Shown here: piece after piece, positions 11,114 through 22,261 of the stretch
Numbering within the stretch: the stretch's first letter is position 1
Layout: each line of letters begins with the position of its first letter
NCBI GenBank assembly: GCA_002269645.1
Contig: NIVC01004447.1
Span: 1-45,644, forward strand
Reading direction: 5' to 3'
Length of the DNA stretch: 45,644 bases
Origin: Macrostomum lignano
Taxonomy: Eukaryota
The notes under the pieces: generated by a model
Told to the model about the DNA's origin: nothing
The model's database searches: none
Seen by the model: the letters and a program-made list of their open reading frames with translations, nothing else
Made by a program: the position numbers and the translations under genes

Positions 11114-14100
11114 GGCGGTCAAATGTTCCTGACAGGCAAATGTCACTGACAGTCAAATGTCTCTGACAGTCAAATGTCTCTGACAGGCAAATGTCTCTGA
11201 CAGTCAAATGTCACTGACAGTCAAATGTCTCTGGCGGTCAAATGTCACTGACAGTCAAATGTCACTGACAGTCAAATGTTCCTGACAGGCAAATGTCTCT
11301 GACAGTCAAATGTCACTGACAGTCAAATGTCACTGACAGTCAAATGTTCCTGACAGTCAAATGTCTCTGACAGTCAAATGTCACTGACAGTCAAATGTCT
11401 CTGGCGGTCAAATGTCACTGACAGTCAAATGTCACTGACAGTCAAATGTTCCTGACAGGCAAATGTCTCTGACAGTCAAATGTTCCTGACAGGCAAATGT
11501 CTCTGACAGTCAAATGTCACTGACAGTCAAATGTCCCTGACAGTCAAATGTCCCTGACAGTCAAATGTCTCTGACAGTCAAATGTCACTGACAGTCAAAT
11601 GTCTCTGACAGTCAAATGTCACTGACAGTCAAATGTCACTGACAGTCAAATGTCACTGACAGTCAAATGTCTCTGACAGTCAAATGTCACTGACAGTCAA
11701 ATGTCCCTGACAGTCAAATGTCTCTGACAGTCAAATGTCACTGACAGTCAAATGTCACTGACAGTCAAATGTCCCTGACAGTCAAATGTCCCTGACAGTC
11801 AAATGTCTCTGACAGTCAAATGTCCCTGACAGTCAAATGTCTCTGACAGTCAAATGTCACTGACAGTCAAATGTCACTGACAGTCAAATGTCCCTGACAG
11901 TCAAATGTCACTGACAGTCAAATGTCACTGACAGTCAAATGTCTCTGACAGTCAAATGTCACTGACAGTCAAATGTCCCTGACAGTCAAATGTCTCTGAC
12001 AGTCAAATGTCACTGACAGTCAAATGTCCCTGACAGTCAAATGTCCCTGACAGTCAAATGTCCCTGACAGTCAAATGTCCCTGACAGTCAAATGTCTCTG
12101 ACAGTCAAATGTCACTGACAGTCAAATGTCACTGACAGTCAAATGTCCCTGACAGTCAAATGTCCCTGACAGTCAAATGTCTCTGACAGTCAAATGTCCC
12201 TGACAGTCAAATGTCTCTGACAGTCAAATGTCACTGACAGTCAAATGTCACTGACAGTCAAATGTTCCTGACAGGCAAATGTCTCTGACAGTCAAATGTC
12301 ACTGACAGTCAAATGTCCCTGACAGTCAAATGTCTCTGACAGTCAAATGTCACTGACAGTCAAATGTCACTGACAGTCAAATGTCCCTGACAGTCAAATG
12401 TCCCTGACAGTCAAATGTCTCTGACAGTCAAATGTCCCTGACAGTCAAATGTCTCTGACAGTCAAATGTCACTGACAGGCAAATGTCCCTGACAGTCAAA
12501 TGTTCCTGACAGGCAAATGTCTCTGACAGTCAAATGTCTCTGACAGTCAAATGTCACTGACAGTCAAATGTCCCTGACAGTCAAATGTCCCTGACAGTCA
12601 AATGTCTCTGACAGTCAAATGTCACTGACAGTCAAATGTCTCTGACAGTCAAATGTCACTGACAGTCAAATGTCACTGACAGTCAAATGTCACTGACAGT
12701 CAAATGTCTCTGACAGTCAAATGTCACTGACAGTCAAATGTCCCTGACAGTCAAATGTCTCTGACAGTCAAATGTCACTGACAGTCAAATGTCACTGACA
12801 GTCAAATGTCCCTGACAGTCAAATGTTCCTGACAGTCAAATGTCTCTGACAGTCAAATGTCCCTGACAGTCAAATGTCTCTGACAGTCAAATGTCACTGA
12901 CAGTCAAATGTCACTGACAGTCAAATGTCCCTGACAGTCAAATGTCCCTGACAGTCAAATGTCACTGACAGTCAAATGTCACTGACAGTCAAATGTCTCT
13001 GACAGTCAAATGTCACTGACAGTCAAATGTCCCTGACAGTCAAATGTCTCTGACAGTCAAATGTCACTGACAGTCAAATGTCACTGACAGTCAAATGTCC
13101 CTGACAGTCAAATGTCCCTGACAGTCAAATGTCCCTGACAGTCAAATGTCCCTGACAGTCAAATGTCTCTGACAGTCAAATGTCACTGACAGTCAAATGT
13201 CACTGACAGTCAAATGTCCCTGACAGTCAAATGTCCCTGACAGTCAAATGTCTCTGACAGTCAAATGTCCCTGACAGTCAAATGTCTCTGACAGTCAAAT
13301 GTCACTGACAGTCAAATGTCCCTGACAGTCAAATGTTCCTGACAGGCAAATGTCTCTGACAGTCAAATGTCACTGACAGTCAAATGTCCCTGACAGTCAA
13401 ATGTCTCTGACAGTCAAATGTCACTGACAGTCAAATGTCACTGACAGTCAAATGTCCCTGACAGTCAAATGTCCCTGACAGTCAAATGTCTCTGACAGTC
13501 AAATGTCCCTGACAGTCAAATGTCTCTGACAGTCAAATGTCACTGACAGTCAAATGTCCCTGACAGTCAAATGTCCCTGACAGTCAAATGTCTCTGACAG
13601 TCAAATGTCACTGACAGTCAAATGTCACTGACAGTCAAATGTCACTGACAGGCAAATGTCTCTGACAGTCAAATGTTCCTGACAGGCAAATGTCTCTGAC
13701 AGTCAAATGTTCCTGACAGGCAAATGTCTCTGACAGTCAAATGTCTCTGACAGTCAAATGTCACTGACAGTCAAATGTCCCTGACAGTCAAATGTCCCTG
13801 ACAGTCAAATGTCTCTGACAGTCAAATGTCACTGACAGTCAAATGTCTCTGACAGTCAAATGTCACTGACAGTCAAATGTCACTGACAGTCAAAGTCACT
13901 GACAGTCAAATGTCTCTGACAGTCAAATGTCACTGACAGTCAAATGTCCCTGACAGTCAAATGTCACTGACAGTCAAATGTCCCTGACAGTCAAATGTCT
14001 CTGACAGTCAAATGTCACTGACAGTCAAATGTCACTGACAGTCAAATGTCCCTGACAGTCAAATGTCCCTGACAGTCAAATGTCTCTGACAGTCAAATGT

Positions 14101-15118
14101 CCCTGACAGTCAAATGTCTCTGACAGTCAAATGTCTCTGACAGTCAAATGTCACTGACAGTCAAATGTCCCTGACAGTCAAATGTCCCTGACAGTCAAAT
14201 GTCTCTGACAGTCAAATGTCCCTGACAGTCAAATGTCTCTGACAGTCAAATGTCACTGACAGTCAAATGTCCCTGACCGTCAAATGTTCCTGACAGGCAA
14301 ATGTCTCTGACAGTCAAATGTCACTGACAGTCAAATGTCACTGACAGTCAAATGTCTCTGACAGTCAAATGTCACTGACAGTCAAATGTCCCTGACAGTC
14401 AAATGTCCCTGACAGTCAAATGTCCCTGACAGTCAAATGTCTCTGACAGTCAAATGTCCCTGACAGTCAAATGTCTCTGACAGTCAAATGTCACTGACAG
14501 TCAAATGTCCCTGACAGTCAAATGTTCCTGACAGGCAAATGTCTCTGACAGTCAAATGTCACTGACAGTCAAATGTCCCTGACAGTCAAATGTCCCTGAC
14601 AGTCAAATGTCACTGACAGTCAAATGTCCCTGACAGTCAAATGTCCCTGACAGTCAAATGTCACTGACAGTCAAATGTCCCTGACAGTCAAATGTCACTG
14701 ACAGTCAAATGTCCCTGACAGTCAAATGTCCCTGACAGTCAAATGTCCCTGACAGTCAAATGTCACTGACAGTCAAATGTCACTGAAAGTCAAATGTCAC
14801 TGAAAGTCAAATGTCACTGAAAGTCAAATGTCACTGAAAGTCAAATGTCACTGACAGTCAAATGTCACTGAAAGTCAAATGTCACTGAAAGTCAAATGTC
14901 ACTGAAAGTCAAATGTCACTGAAAGTCAAATGTCACTGAAAGTCAAATGTTACTGAAATTCGAATGTCACTGGAAGTCAAATGTCACTGAAAGTCAAATG
15001 TTACTGAAATTCGAATGTCACTGGAAGTCAAATGTCACGGACAGTCAAGATGTCACTGACAAAGTCATCGACAGTGAAATTTTACTGGAAGTCAATTGTC
15101 ACTGACAGTTAAATGTCC
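11114..15118 (+). repeat. 17-bp satellite TGACAGTCAAATGTC[A/T/C]C, ~235 copies, 4 kb
   Basis: Strict 17-bp period. It degenerates through TGAAAGTC... variants from ~14780 to the right end. Confidence 0.97.
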
Positions 15119-15319
15119 ATAGTAGTGACTATGTGAAATTTCTCTATAATGAAAATTCTCTATAAAAGTAACCATCAATAAAGTCTCATCCATAAAAAAT
15201 AATATTAAGTACTGCGCTAGGTCTAATTATGAATAGCAAATGAGCCAATCCGTAGGATTATTACTGTTTTCAAGACACCGTGTGATGCTGTCCGAGACTC
15301 TCCTAAACCGTTTCAACTA

Positions 15320-16178
15320 TCAAACGTCAATCCTTCGCCCGAGCCCGTCGTTGCTGGCTTCTCCAGTCTCAACACCGGCTGCCGGGTCAGCGACCGGCGG
15401 CTCTCTCCGCCTGTAGCAGCGATGACAGGCAAAAGCAACCAACAGTCCCAGCGTGGACCCCGCCAGCACGTCCTCTGGATGATGATGGAAGTCAACCAGC
15501 CGGCTCAGTGCGATGCCGGAGGCTGCAAGGCAGGGCGCCAGGCAGGCCAGCAGGCGCACAGATGGCGCCAGACGAGCCGAAGATTTAAACAGTTGAAGCC
15601 AGTCAGCAAGCAGGAAGGACAGATAGGCCAGGCTGGCGAATGACATGGAAGCGTGGCCGGACGGGAACGATTTCCGGCCCTCAGCCACAGTGTCCGGATC
15701 GCCAGTGCAAGCGCTCGGCACTAGAAGCAGAAGCTGCTGCAGTTGCTGAGGCCCAGGTTCGCCATCGTCCGGTACTGCGCCAGACTCAGCGGCGGCAGGC
15801 ACGAGTCTGGCCTCGCCCGATGGGAAGCAGCGATAGAAGAAGTCTGGTCTCGGCCGGCCAACTATCAGCTTCACCGCGTCAGTGATGAGGCCGGTGAGCA
15901 GGAGGGAGAGCGAGTAGCCTAGCAACATCATCTGACAGGCTGTTGCTCTTCTAGAAGAGCAACCGGAGCTGCTCGAGCCTTCCGAGTCCAGCAGCTGTGG
16001 CTGTTTCTGCAGCTGCTGCCGTTGCTGTAGCAACAGCATCATTAGGGTTGGCACGGCAACTGTCACCATGACAACAACCAACCAGGATGGGAAGTAGGGC
16101 GCGGTGGGTTTGTTGCGATAGAGCCACAGCTCCTCGGGATGGATGTCGCGATCTCGGGGCGCCACGTGCTGAAGGAGG
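15320..16178 (-). CDS. PLPP4/PLPP5: PAP2-family phospholipid phosphatase (PLPP4/5, DPP1-like), exon 2
   Basis: All three PAP2 motifs are intact: KLIVGRPRP, PSGH, SRLVDFHHHPED. Also IHPEELWLYRN and GRKSFPSG as in PLPP4/5. Acceptor cgcag|C at 16178 matches the phase-2 donor of exon 1. Confidence 0.93.
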
Positions 16179-16306
16179 CTGCGCGGGGATGCAGGGGAAA
16201 ATCGAGTGAGGTAATTTGCCATTGGATTGCGAATGGGAATATAATAATTCTTAATTCGAATTTCATTTCTACAGAATCTTCCTATAAATTCTGCGCTCTA
16301 CCAGAG

Positions 16307-16937
16307 TCTATCCCCAGATTATGTAGCACTCTACCCCCAGATTATGTAGCTGTCAACCCCCAGATTATGTAGCTGTCTACCCCCAGATTATGTAGCACTC
16401 TACCCCCAGATTATGTAGCACTCTACCCCCAGATTATGTAGCATTCTACCCCCAGATTATGTAGCACTCTACCCCCAAATTATGTAGCACTCTACCCCCA
16501 GATTATGTAGCTGTCTACCCCCAGATTATGTAGCTGTCTACCCCCAGATTATGTAGCTGTCTACCCCCAGACTATGTACCTGTCTACTCCCAGATTATGT
16601 AGCTGTCTACCCCCAGATTATGTAGCTGTCTACCCCCAGATTATGTAGCTGTCTACCCCCAGATTATGTAGCTGTCTACCCCCAGATTATGTAGCTGTCT
16701 ACCCCCAGATTATGTAGCTGTCTACCCCCAGATTATGTAGCTGTCTACCCCCAGATTATGTAGCTGTCTACCCCCAGATTATGTAGCACTCTACCCCCAG
16801 ATTATGTAGCACTCTACCCCCAGATTATGTAGCTGTCTACCCCCAGATTATGTAGCTGTCTACCCCCAGATTATGTAGCACTCTACCCCCAGATTATGTA
16901 GCATTCTACCCCCAGATTATGTAGCATTCTACCCCCC
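16307..16937 (+). repeat. 23-bp minisatellite (CTACCCCCAGATTATGTAGCTGT / ...GCACT) in the PLPP intron
   Basis: About 27 tandem copies with two alternating variants. Confidence 0.95.
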
Positions 16938-17049
16938 ACCCAATCTGTAGTTCTACCCCCCGCCATCTGTAGCTGTCTACTTGCACATTTGGTGGCATTC
17001 TACCCCTAAGCTGTGTAGCATTCTCAACCTGATTTCATAGACGACTCAC

Positions 17050-17129
17050 GCAAACACAACAGCCATAGCGATGCGAATGACCACCTCCAGCAGAAGACTG
17101 GATGGCACACTGCTAATTAGCTTCATCAT
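17050..17129 (-). CDS. PLPP4/PLPP5: PLPP4/5-like phosphatase, exon 1
   Basis: MMKLISSVPSSLLLEVVIRIAMAVVF + GC|GTGAGT; EVVIRIAMAVVF parallels EIGVRALLFGVF of PLPP4. The phase fits exon 2, giving a ~312-aa protein. This exon is not in the ORF track. Confidence 0.85.
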
Positions 17130-17825
17130 TAGTGTCGTTCTGGAGTCACCGCCGAAGCTTTGCATAGCAACTAAAAGTGAGGCATGATTTCGGTCTGAAA
17201 AGTTTAAATTATTACTGAGATATTACTTAATTAGCATAACACTTGACAAATTTCAACAGCAAATCTACAGTTCTAGATAACAATCTTCAGATTTCAACAG
17301 CGAATCTACAGTTATAAATGACAATCTACAGACTTTTAACAGCAATTCCATAGCTGACAATTCCATAGATGACAACCTAAAGATTTCAAACACGAATCTA
17401 TCGATCTAGGTATTCGTAAACCTCCTACTATACTACTATAAGTAGGATGGTAATATAAATTTACCATCCTACTTACAGCATATAATAACTGAAATACATT
17501 GAGCTAAAGTTTTAAAACTGCTGACACACAAATAAATAGAACAGATAATAGCCAAAATGATGTCAGTTTATATTTGACAGTCGAACAATGGGAGCCTCCT
17601 ATTAAAGCTGCAATTCTTATCTAATATATTTCTAAGCTAGAAAATTTTAGCCTAAATATTACCCTACGGAGAGACACGGGAGGAGGAAGTTGAGCCTCAT
17701 AACTGAATATTCCGAAGCAAAATTAACAAAAGCATATCTAACAGTCTAGGTGGGGTAAGTTCACACAGGCATTGGTACACTTTTCAGTAGATAGTTAGAT
17801 AATATATATATATGACACCCGTGCT

Positions 17826-18179
17826 TTAGAGCGGCCATTTCCATTGGTTGGGCGGCGCCTGGCCAATCAGCGGTTCCCATGGTTTCCAGGCGAGAAAATT
17901 TCTAGCCAATTGCAGTTCCCGCTCGGCCTGCTGTACAACTTCTTCAATCTGGCCGCAGTTAATCCGCTTCTCTAGGCGGCTGATGTCGGGCTCCGAGTTC
18001 ACGGCGGCCAGGCGCTCCTTCACGATGGCCTCGGTAGACTGACGGTACTTGGCATCGGCCGGCATGCGAGCCAGCAGCTTGAGGGTGCGATCGTACAGAG
18101 CGGTCAGGGAGATATGCGGCGTGGAGTTCACAGCTAGGCCAGTAAGGCCTGTGGTGAGTTTGCCTGCAGCTTTTGATGC
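17826..18179 (-). CDS. NDUFA5: NADH:ubiquinone oxidoreductase subunit A5 (B13); initiator codon not in this exon
   Basis: TTGLTGLAV, CGQIEEVVQQAEREL.LAR and WKPWEPL...PPNQWKWP are the NDUFA5 signature. The exon begins after ttgcag| with GCA, and an in-frame TGA lies just upstream with no ATG. Confidence 0.95.
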   Translation of the reverse strand, partial: ASKAAGKLTTGLTGLAVNSTPHISLTALYDRTLKLLARMPADAKYRQSTEAIVKERLAAVNSEPDISRLEKRINCGQIEEVVQQAERELQLARNFLAWKPWEPLIGQAPPNQWKWPL

Positions 18180-19282
18180 CTGCAATAGATCATTATTATT
18201 TCATGAGCTTGCTTGATTATTGGTTGTTGTAGCGGTTAAAATTTGCAACAATTAGGCAATAAATGCATCAGCATAGTCCCAATAGTAGGGACTTATAGTA
18301 GAGAACAAATACAAATTTTAACAAACATTAAAGTTATCAAATTTTATTCTGATCATATTGCTACTACCTAATTTAATGATATGCATATGCATAGACTTAA
18401 GATTTATTTTACTTCATAATATAATACCCTAACCAGAAGGAATCAACTAAGGTAAAGATGCATTAGACATTATTCATTTTTGCCAAGGAATGATTTTGCT
18501 AGAAAATAAATGGTGAATATATAATTTTTTCTACCTTGTTTCTAATCATTCCTCAGTATATGAATAATTGTATAAAATAACTTCTAATTTTCAAAACTGT
18601 TTCTATTTTGTTTGTTATCCTATTCATTGTAACAATCAGCTTTGAAGTGTTTCACACTGAAAGTGAAAAAAATATGGCTTTTATATTGCTTATAGATGAA
18701 ATCATTTAAACTGTTATAAAACAAAGGGCTTTGTAGGAAATACAAGTATATAACTGTTTAACCTTCAAATGAAATTTTAGTGTTTAATGGCTCCACAATA
18801 ATTTTTTTTTATTTCTTGTGAAGATTTTTTATTATCATGGCCCAACCTTTTGATAGTATTTTTTTTTGTTTCATTTTGTATCTCAAATATTTATTAAAAA
18901 CATTTTTTTCTTAGCAAATAAAGAAAGAAACAAAAAGATATAATTTTTATGCAGGACATTTTACATTTAAACTTTTTTTTCTATAGGATCACAAAAAATG
19001 TCTTAAGACAATCAAAACTAATTTACACCAAATCACATAACTCAACTTTAAAAAAATAAAAGTAACTTATTTTATAGGGGTCTAGCATTCATCTTATATT
19101 CTAAAATATTTGCATTTTTAAAACCCAATATAGTTTTAACTTTTAATGCAAAATGCAATATAAAATTTTAATAGGCATAGAATGATATAGCAAAATGCAA
19201 TATAAAATTTTAATAGGCATAGAATGATATAGCTTGAAAGATTTCAAGATTGGCACAAAGTTAGATAGATAGACTTAGTTAA

Positions 19283-20556
19283 CAGTAGGAATACCAAGCC
19301 ATTTTTCCGCCCGTCGAACTACCAAGGGGGGGGGGAAATTCCCCCCCTCCTGACAATTTTTTTTGCTGCACTGGAACGGAGCAACAGACACACGAAATTC
19401 AAGAACACGGGCTAACTTTTTGTTGCGCACCTTCTCAAACAAGAATCAAGTCGCCAGCCCTCCGGACCGTCGAGATATTCGACGATTCTGCCAGAAGGTC
19501 GGATTTTTCCCATAAGCGCTAGTGTATTCAGTACACCCCTGTGCGCCAATTAGCACTGCGCCTCAGTGCAGCCTTGCCAAGTCTCCAAAGTCTCCAAGTC
19601 GGGATGATTACGGTATGCTTGAGAGACTAGCTGAGAATGTCTGACGGTTGATTCTTGCCCACTGTCGAGGCTTGATCGGCGAAACTAGAGAAATCAGCAT
19701 CAGGGTGTCCATAGTCACCTGGTGTAATCTGTTGAAGGTGCCGACGGCATCGGGGTGATGACGGAATGCTCGAGAAACTAGCTGACAATGTCCATCGGTT
19801 GAGGTTTGCCCATTATTGAAGCTTGATAAGAAAAATCTAACATATTTGCAACAGGATGTCCGTAGTCACCTGGTGCCACCTGTTGAAGGTGCCGACGGCG
19901 TCAAGGTGGTGACGGAAGGCTCGAGAGACTAGCTGAGGGTTTTCAGAAGTTGAGGCTTGCCCACTGTCGAGGCTTGATCGGCGAAACTAGAGAAATCAGC
20001 ATCAGGGTGTCCATAGTCACCTGGTGTAATCTGTTGAAGGTGCCGACGGCGTCGGGATGATGACGGAATGCTTGAGAGACTAGCTGAGAATTTTTGACGG
20101 TTGATTCTTGCCCACTGTCGAGGCTTGATCGGCGAAACTAGAGAAATCCGCATCAGGGTGTCCATAGTCACCTGGTGCCACAGCTGTTGAGGGTCCAGAA
20201 GCTCCACCTGGGTGAAGGCTAGTGACAAACGAAGTCAGAACTGATGCAGACACATGTGGTCGACGTGCTGATGTAATTTGGAGACTTGGCAAGGCTGCAC
20301 TGAGGCGCAGTGCTGATTGGCGCACAGGGGTGTACTGAATACACTAGCGCTTATGGGAAAAATCCGACCTTCTGGCAGAATCGTCGAATATCTCGACGGT
20401 CCGGAGGGCTGGCGACTTGATTCTTGTTTGAGAAGGTGCGCAACAAAAAGTTAGCCCGTGTTCTTGAATTTCGTGTGTCTGTGTTGCTCCGTTCCAGTGC
20501 AGCAAAAAAAATTGTCAGGGGGGGGGAATTTTCCCCCCCCCTTGGTAGTTCTACTG
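19283..20556. mobile_element. Non-autonomous DNA transposon with ~280-bp near-perfect TIRs, TTAA flanks and an internal ~151-bp tandem repeat
   Basis: TTAA|CAGTAG ... CTACTG|TTAA. 19311-19589 is the reverse complement of 20277-20551 with very few mismatches. Internal units start at 19621, 19772, 19923 and 20074. Confidence 0.9.
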
Positions 20557-20902
20557 TTAATGTAAGGCAGATGCAATAGGCTCATAACTCAAAGTCTCAA
20601 ACAGTCATATAATTTAATTGTCTTAGTATAGGCCTACTACTACACCTCTTCATGTTCAATTTTGATCAAATTCAAGTTCTAAAAAACTATAGTATTTGTC
20701 ATGCTATCTCAGCCTAGAGACATCCAAACTCAGCCAGCCCATCTCGACAGTGCGATTTTTTACGTAAGTCAGTCAAGTTTTACCATAGACATGCTTCTTA
20801 AGGCCATGCTATCTCAGCCTGGGACATGCAATCTCAGCCACTTTTCAGATTCTATGTCAAGCTGTCTGTGGCTTAGTCTGTGATCGAAGCAAATGAAACA
20901 GA

Positions 20903-21961
20903 ATGAGAGCAACAAGCGACGAAGACAGAAGACGACTGATTGCTGCGTGGACGGAAGGTCAGGACCTACGTGTGGCCGCCAAAGTTCTTCGCATGAATCT
21001 GAAGACAGCTCGACATATCGTCAGGATTTATGAAGCAACGGGCCGGGTGGATGCCCTCCCGCGAGGGGAAGAAAGATTGGCTCATGCAAGTTCGATGAGG
21101 AGATGCGCCAGGCGCTTATTGCTTTCGTGGATGCGAACCCCCTGGCGACGCTGAAAGCATTGCGCACGAAGCTGAGTGCCCAGCTTCCCAACAAGCCGCC
21201 TGTCACCATCAAGACACTGGCCAGAGCCTTGGAAGGGGCTTTGTACACGTTCAAGATCGCCACCAAGAACACTGACATCCGACTGAGCGCAAACTCGCAG
21301 GGGGTGATCGAGAAGAGACGCGAGTACGCGCTGCTCATGACCGAACTGCAACAGGACACGGTGGTCGTCTACATCGACGAAACGGGTTACAACCTGTGGA
21401 CTCGCAGATCGCAAGGGTGGTCACGACGGGGTCAGCCAGTGAGGCGCCGATGCCCGACCCAGAGGGGTCCAAATCTCTCGATCTGCCTGGCCGTGTCTTC
21501 CGCTTTGGGGCTGGTGAAGAGCGAGTTTTTCAGGGGAGGCCAGACGAAGGAGAGATTTCAGCACTTCGTCAACGACCTTGTTGAACAAGTTGTCCCGCAG
21601 ATCGGCAATGCCAGAGTCGTCATTGTCTACCTTTCACCGTGGTGTGGCAGTGCCGGAGCAGCATCGCCACCAGTTTGAGCTTCATCTGTTGCCCGCCTAC
21701 TCACCTTTTCTAAACCCCTGCGAAATGGCCCACAGCGCAGTGAAGGCCTCGATCAAGCTGCAGCTAGCTGACCCTGCACTGGTGGAGGAGGAGGCTGGTG
21801 GCCGACCCGATGGGGTCACCTGCGAAGCTTGGCGCCTCATTCTCTTGGAGCGAGTGGGCCGAGTCGCGCTAGATGCTGTGACGCCGCTAAAGGTGGCCAG
21901 ATGGGAGATTCACTGCAATCGGAACTTCCCGCAGTGTATCGCAGAGCAGCCTTTCAACTAG
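20903..21961 (+). pseudogene. DDE transposase (IS630/Tc1), two frameshifts
   Basis: N-terminal HTH, YIDETG, RRSQGWSRRG and LPAYSPFLNPCE. One frameshift is in a G run at ~21065; the second (~21630) is a small deletion removing the DNAP motif with the second catalytic Asp. Confidence 0.88.
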
Positions 21962-22261
21962 GCTGAGCACTGAGCGTCTTACTGACTTTGTCCGTTGTTG
22001 CGTACCCTTACTGACTTTTCTTGCTGCGTTCATTCATTGCTGTTTGTTGCCATTTCATGTCACGTTACAGAAATGATAGCATTGAGATCTGTTTGCAATT
22101 GAAATCTATATTGGCTGAGATTGCATGTCCCAGGCTGAGATAGCATGGCCTTAAGAAGCATGTCTATGGTAAAACTCGACTAGCTCGAGCCAAAAAATCA
22201 CACTGTCGAGATGGGCTGGCTGAGTTTGGATGTCCCTAGGCTGAGATAGCATGACAAAAGC

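Noticed and set aside
11114-15118. CRISPR array, or an encoded message in the variable base (the variant string happens to contain TATAAATA)
   Set aside because: No unique spacers, no cas genes, eukaryotic context. With three letters over ~235 units such words arise by chance, and block duplication explains the recurrences.
19148-19231. Exact 42-bp tandem duplication
   Set aside because: Real, but an ordinary local slippage event in AT-rich DNA.
19929-20325. ORFs within the TTAA element
   Set aside because: They derive from a 151-bp unit (not a multiple of 3) and from the TIR; no transposase motifs.
20903-21961. Programmed frameshifting or bacterial contamination for the IS630-like transposase
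   Set aside because: The second shift deletes a catalytic Asp, and the element is embedded among intron-containing genes and eukaryotic transposons.
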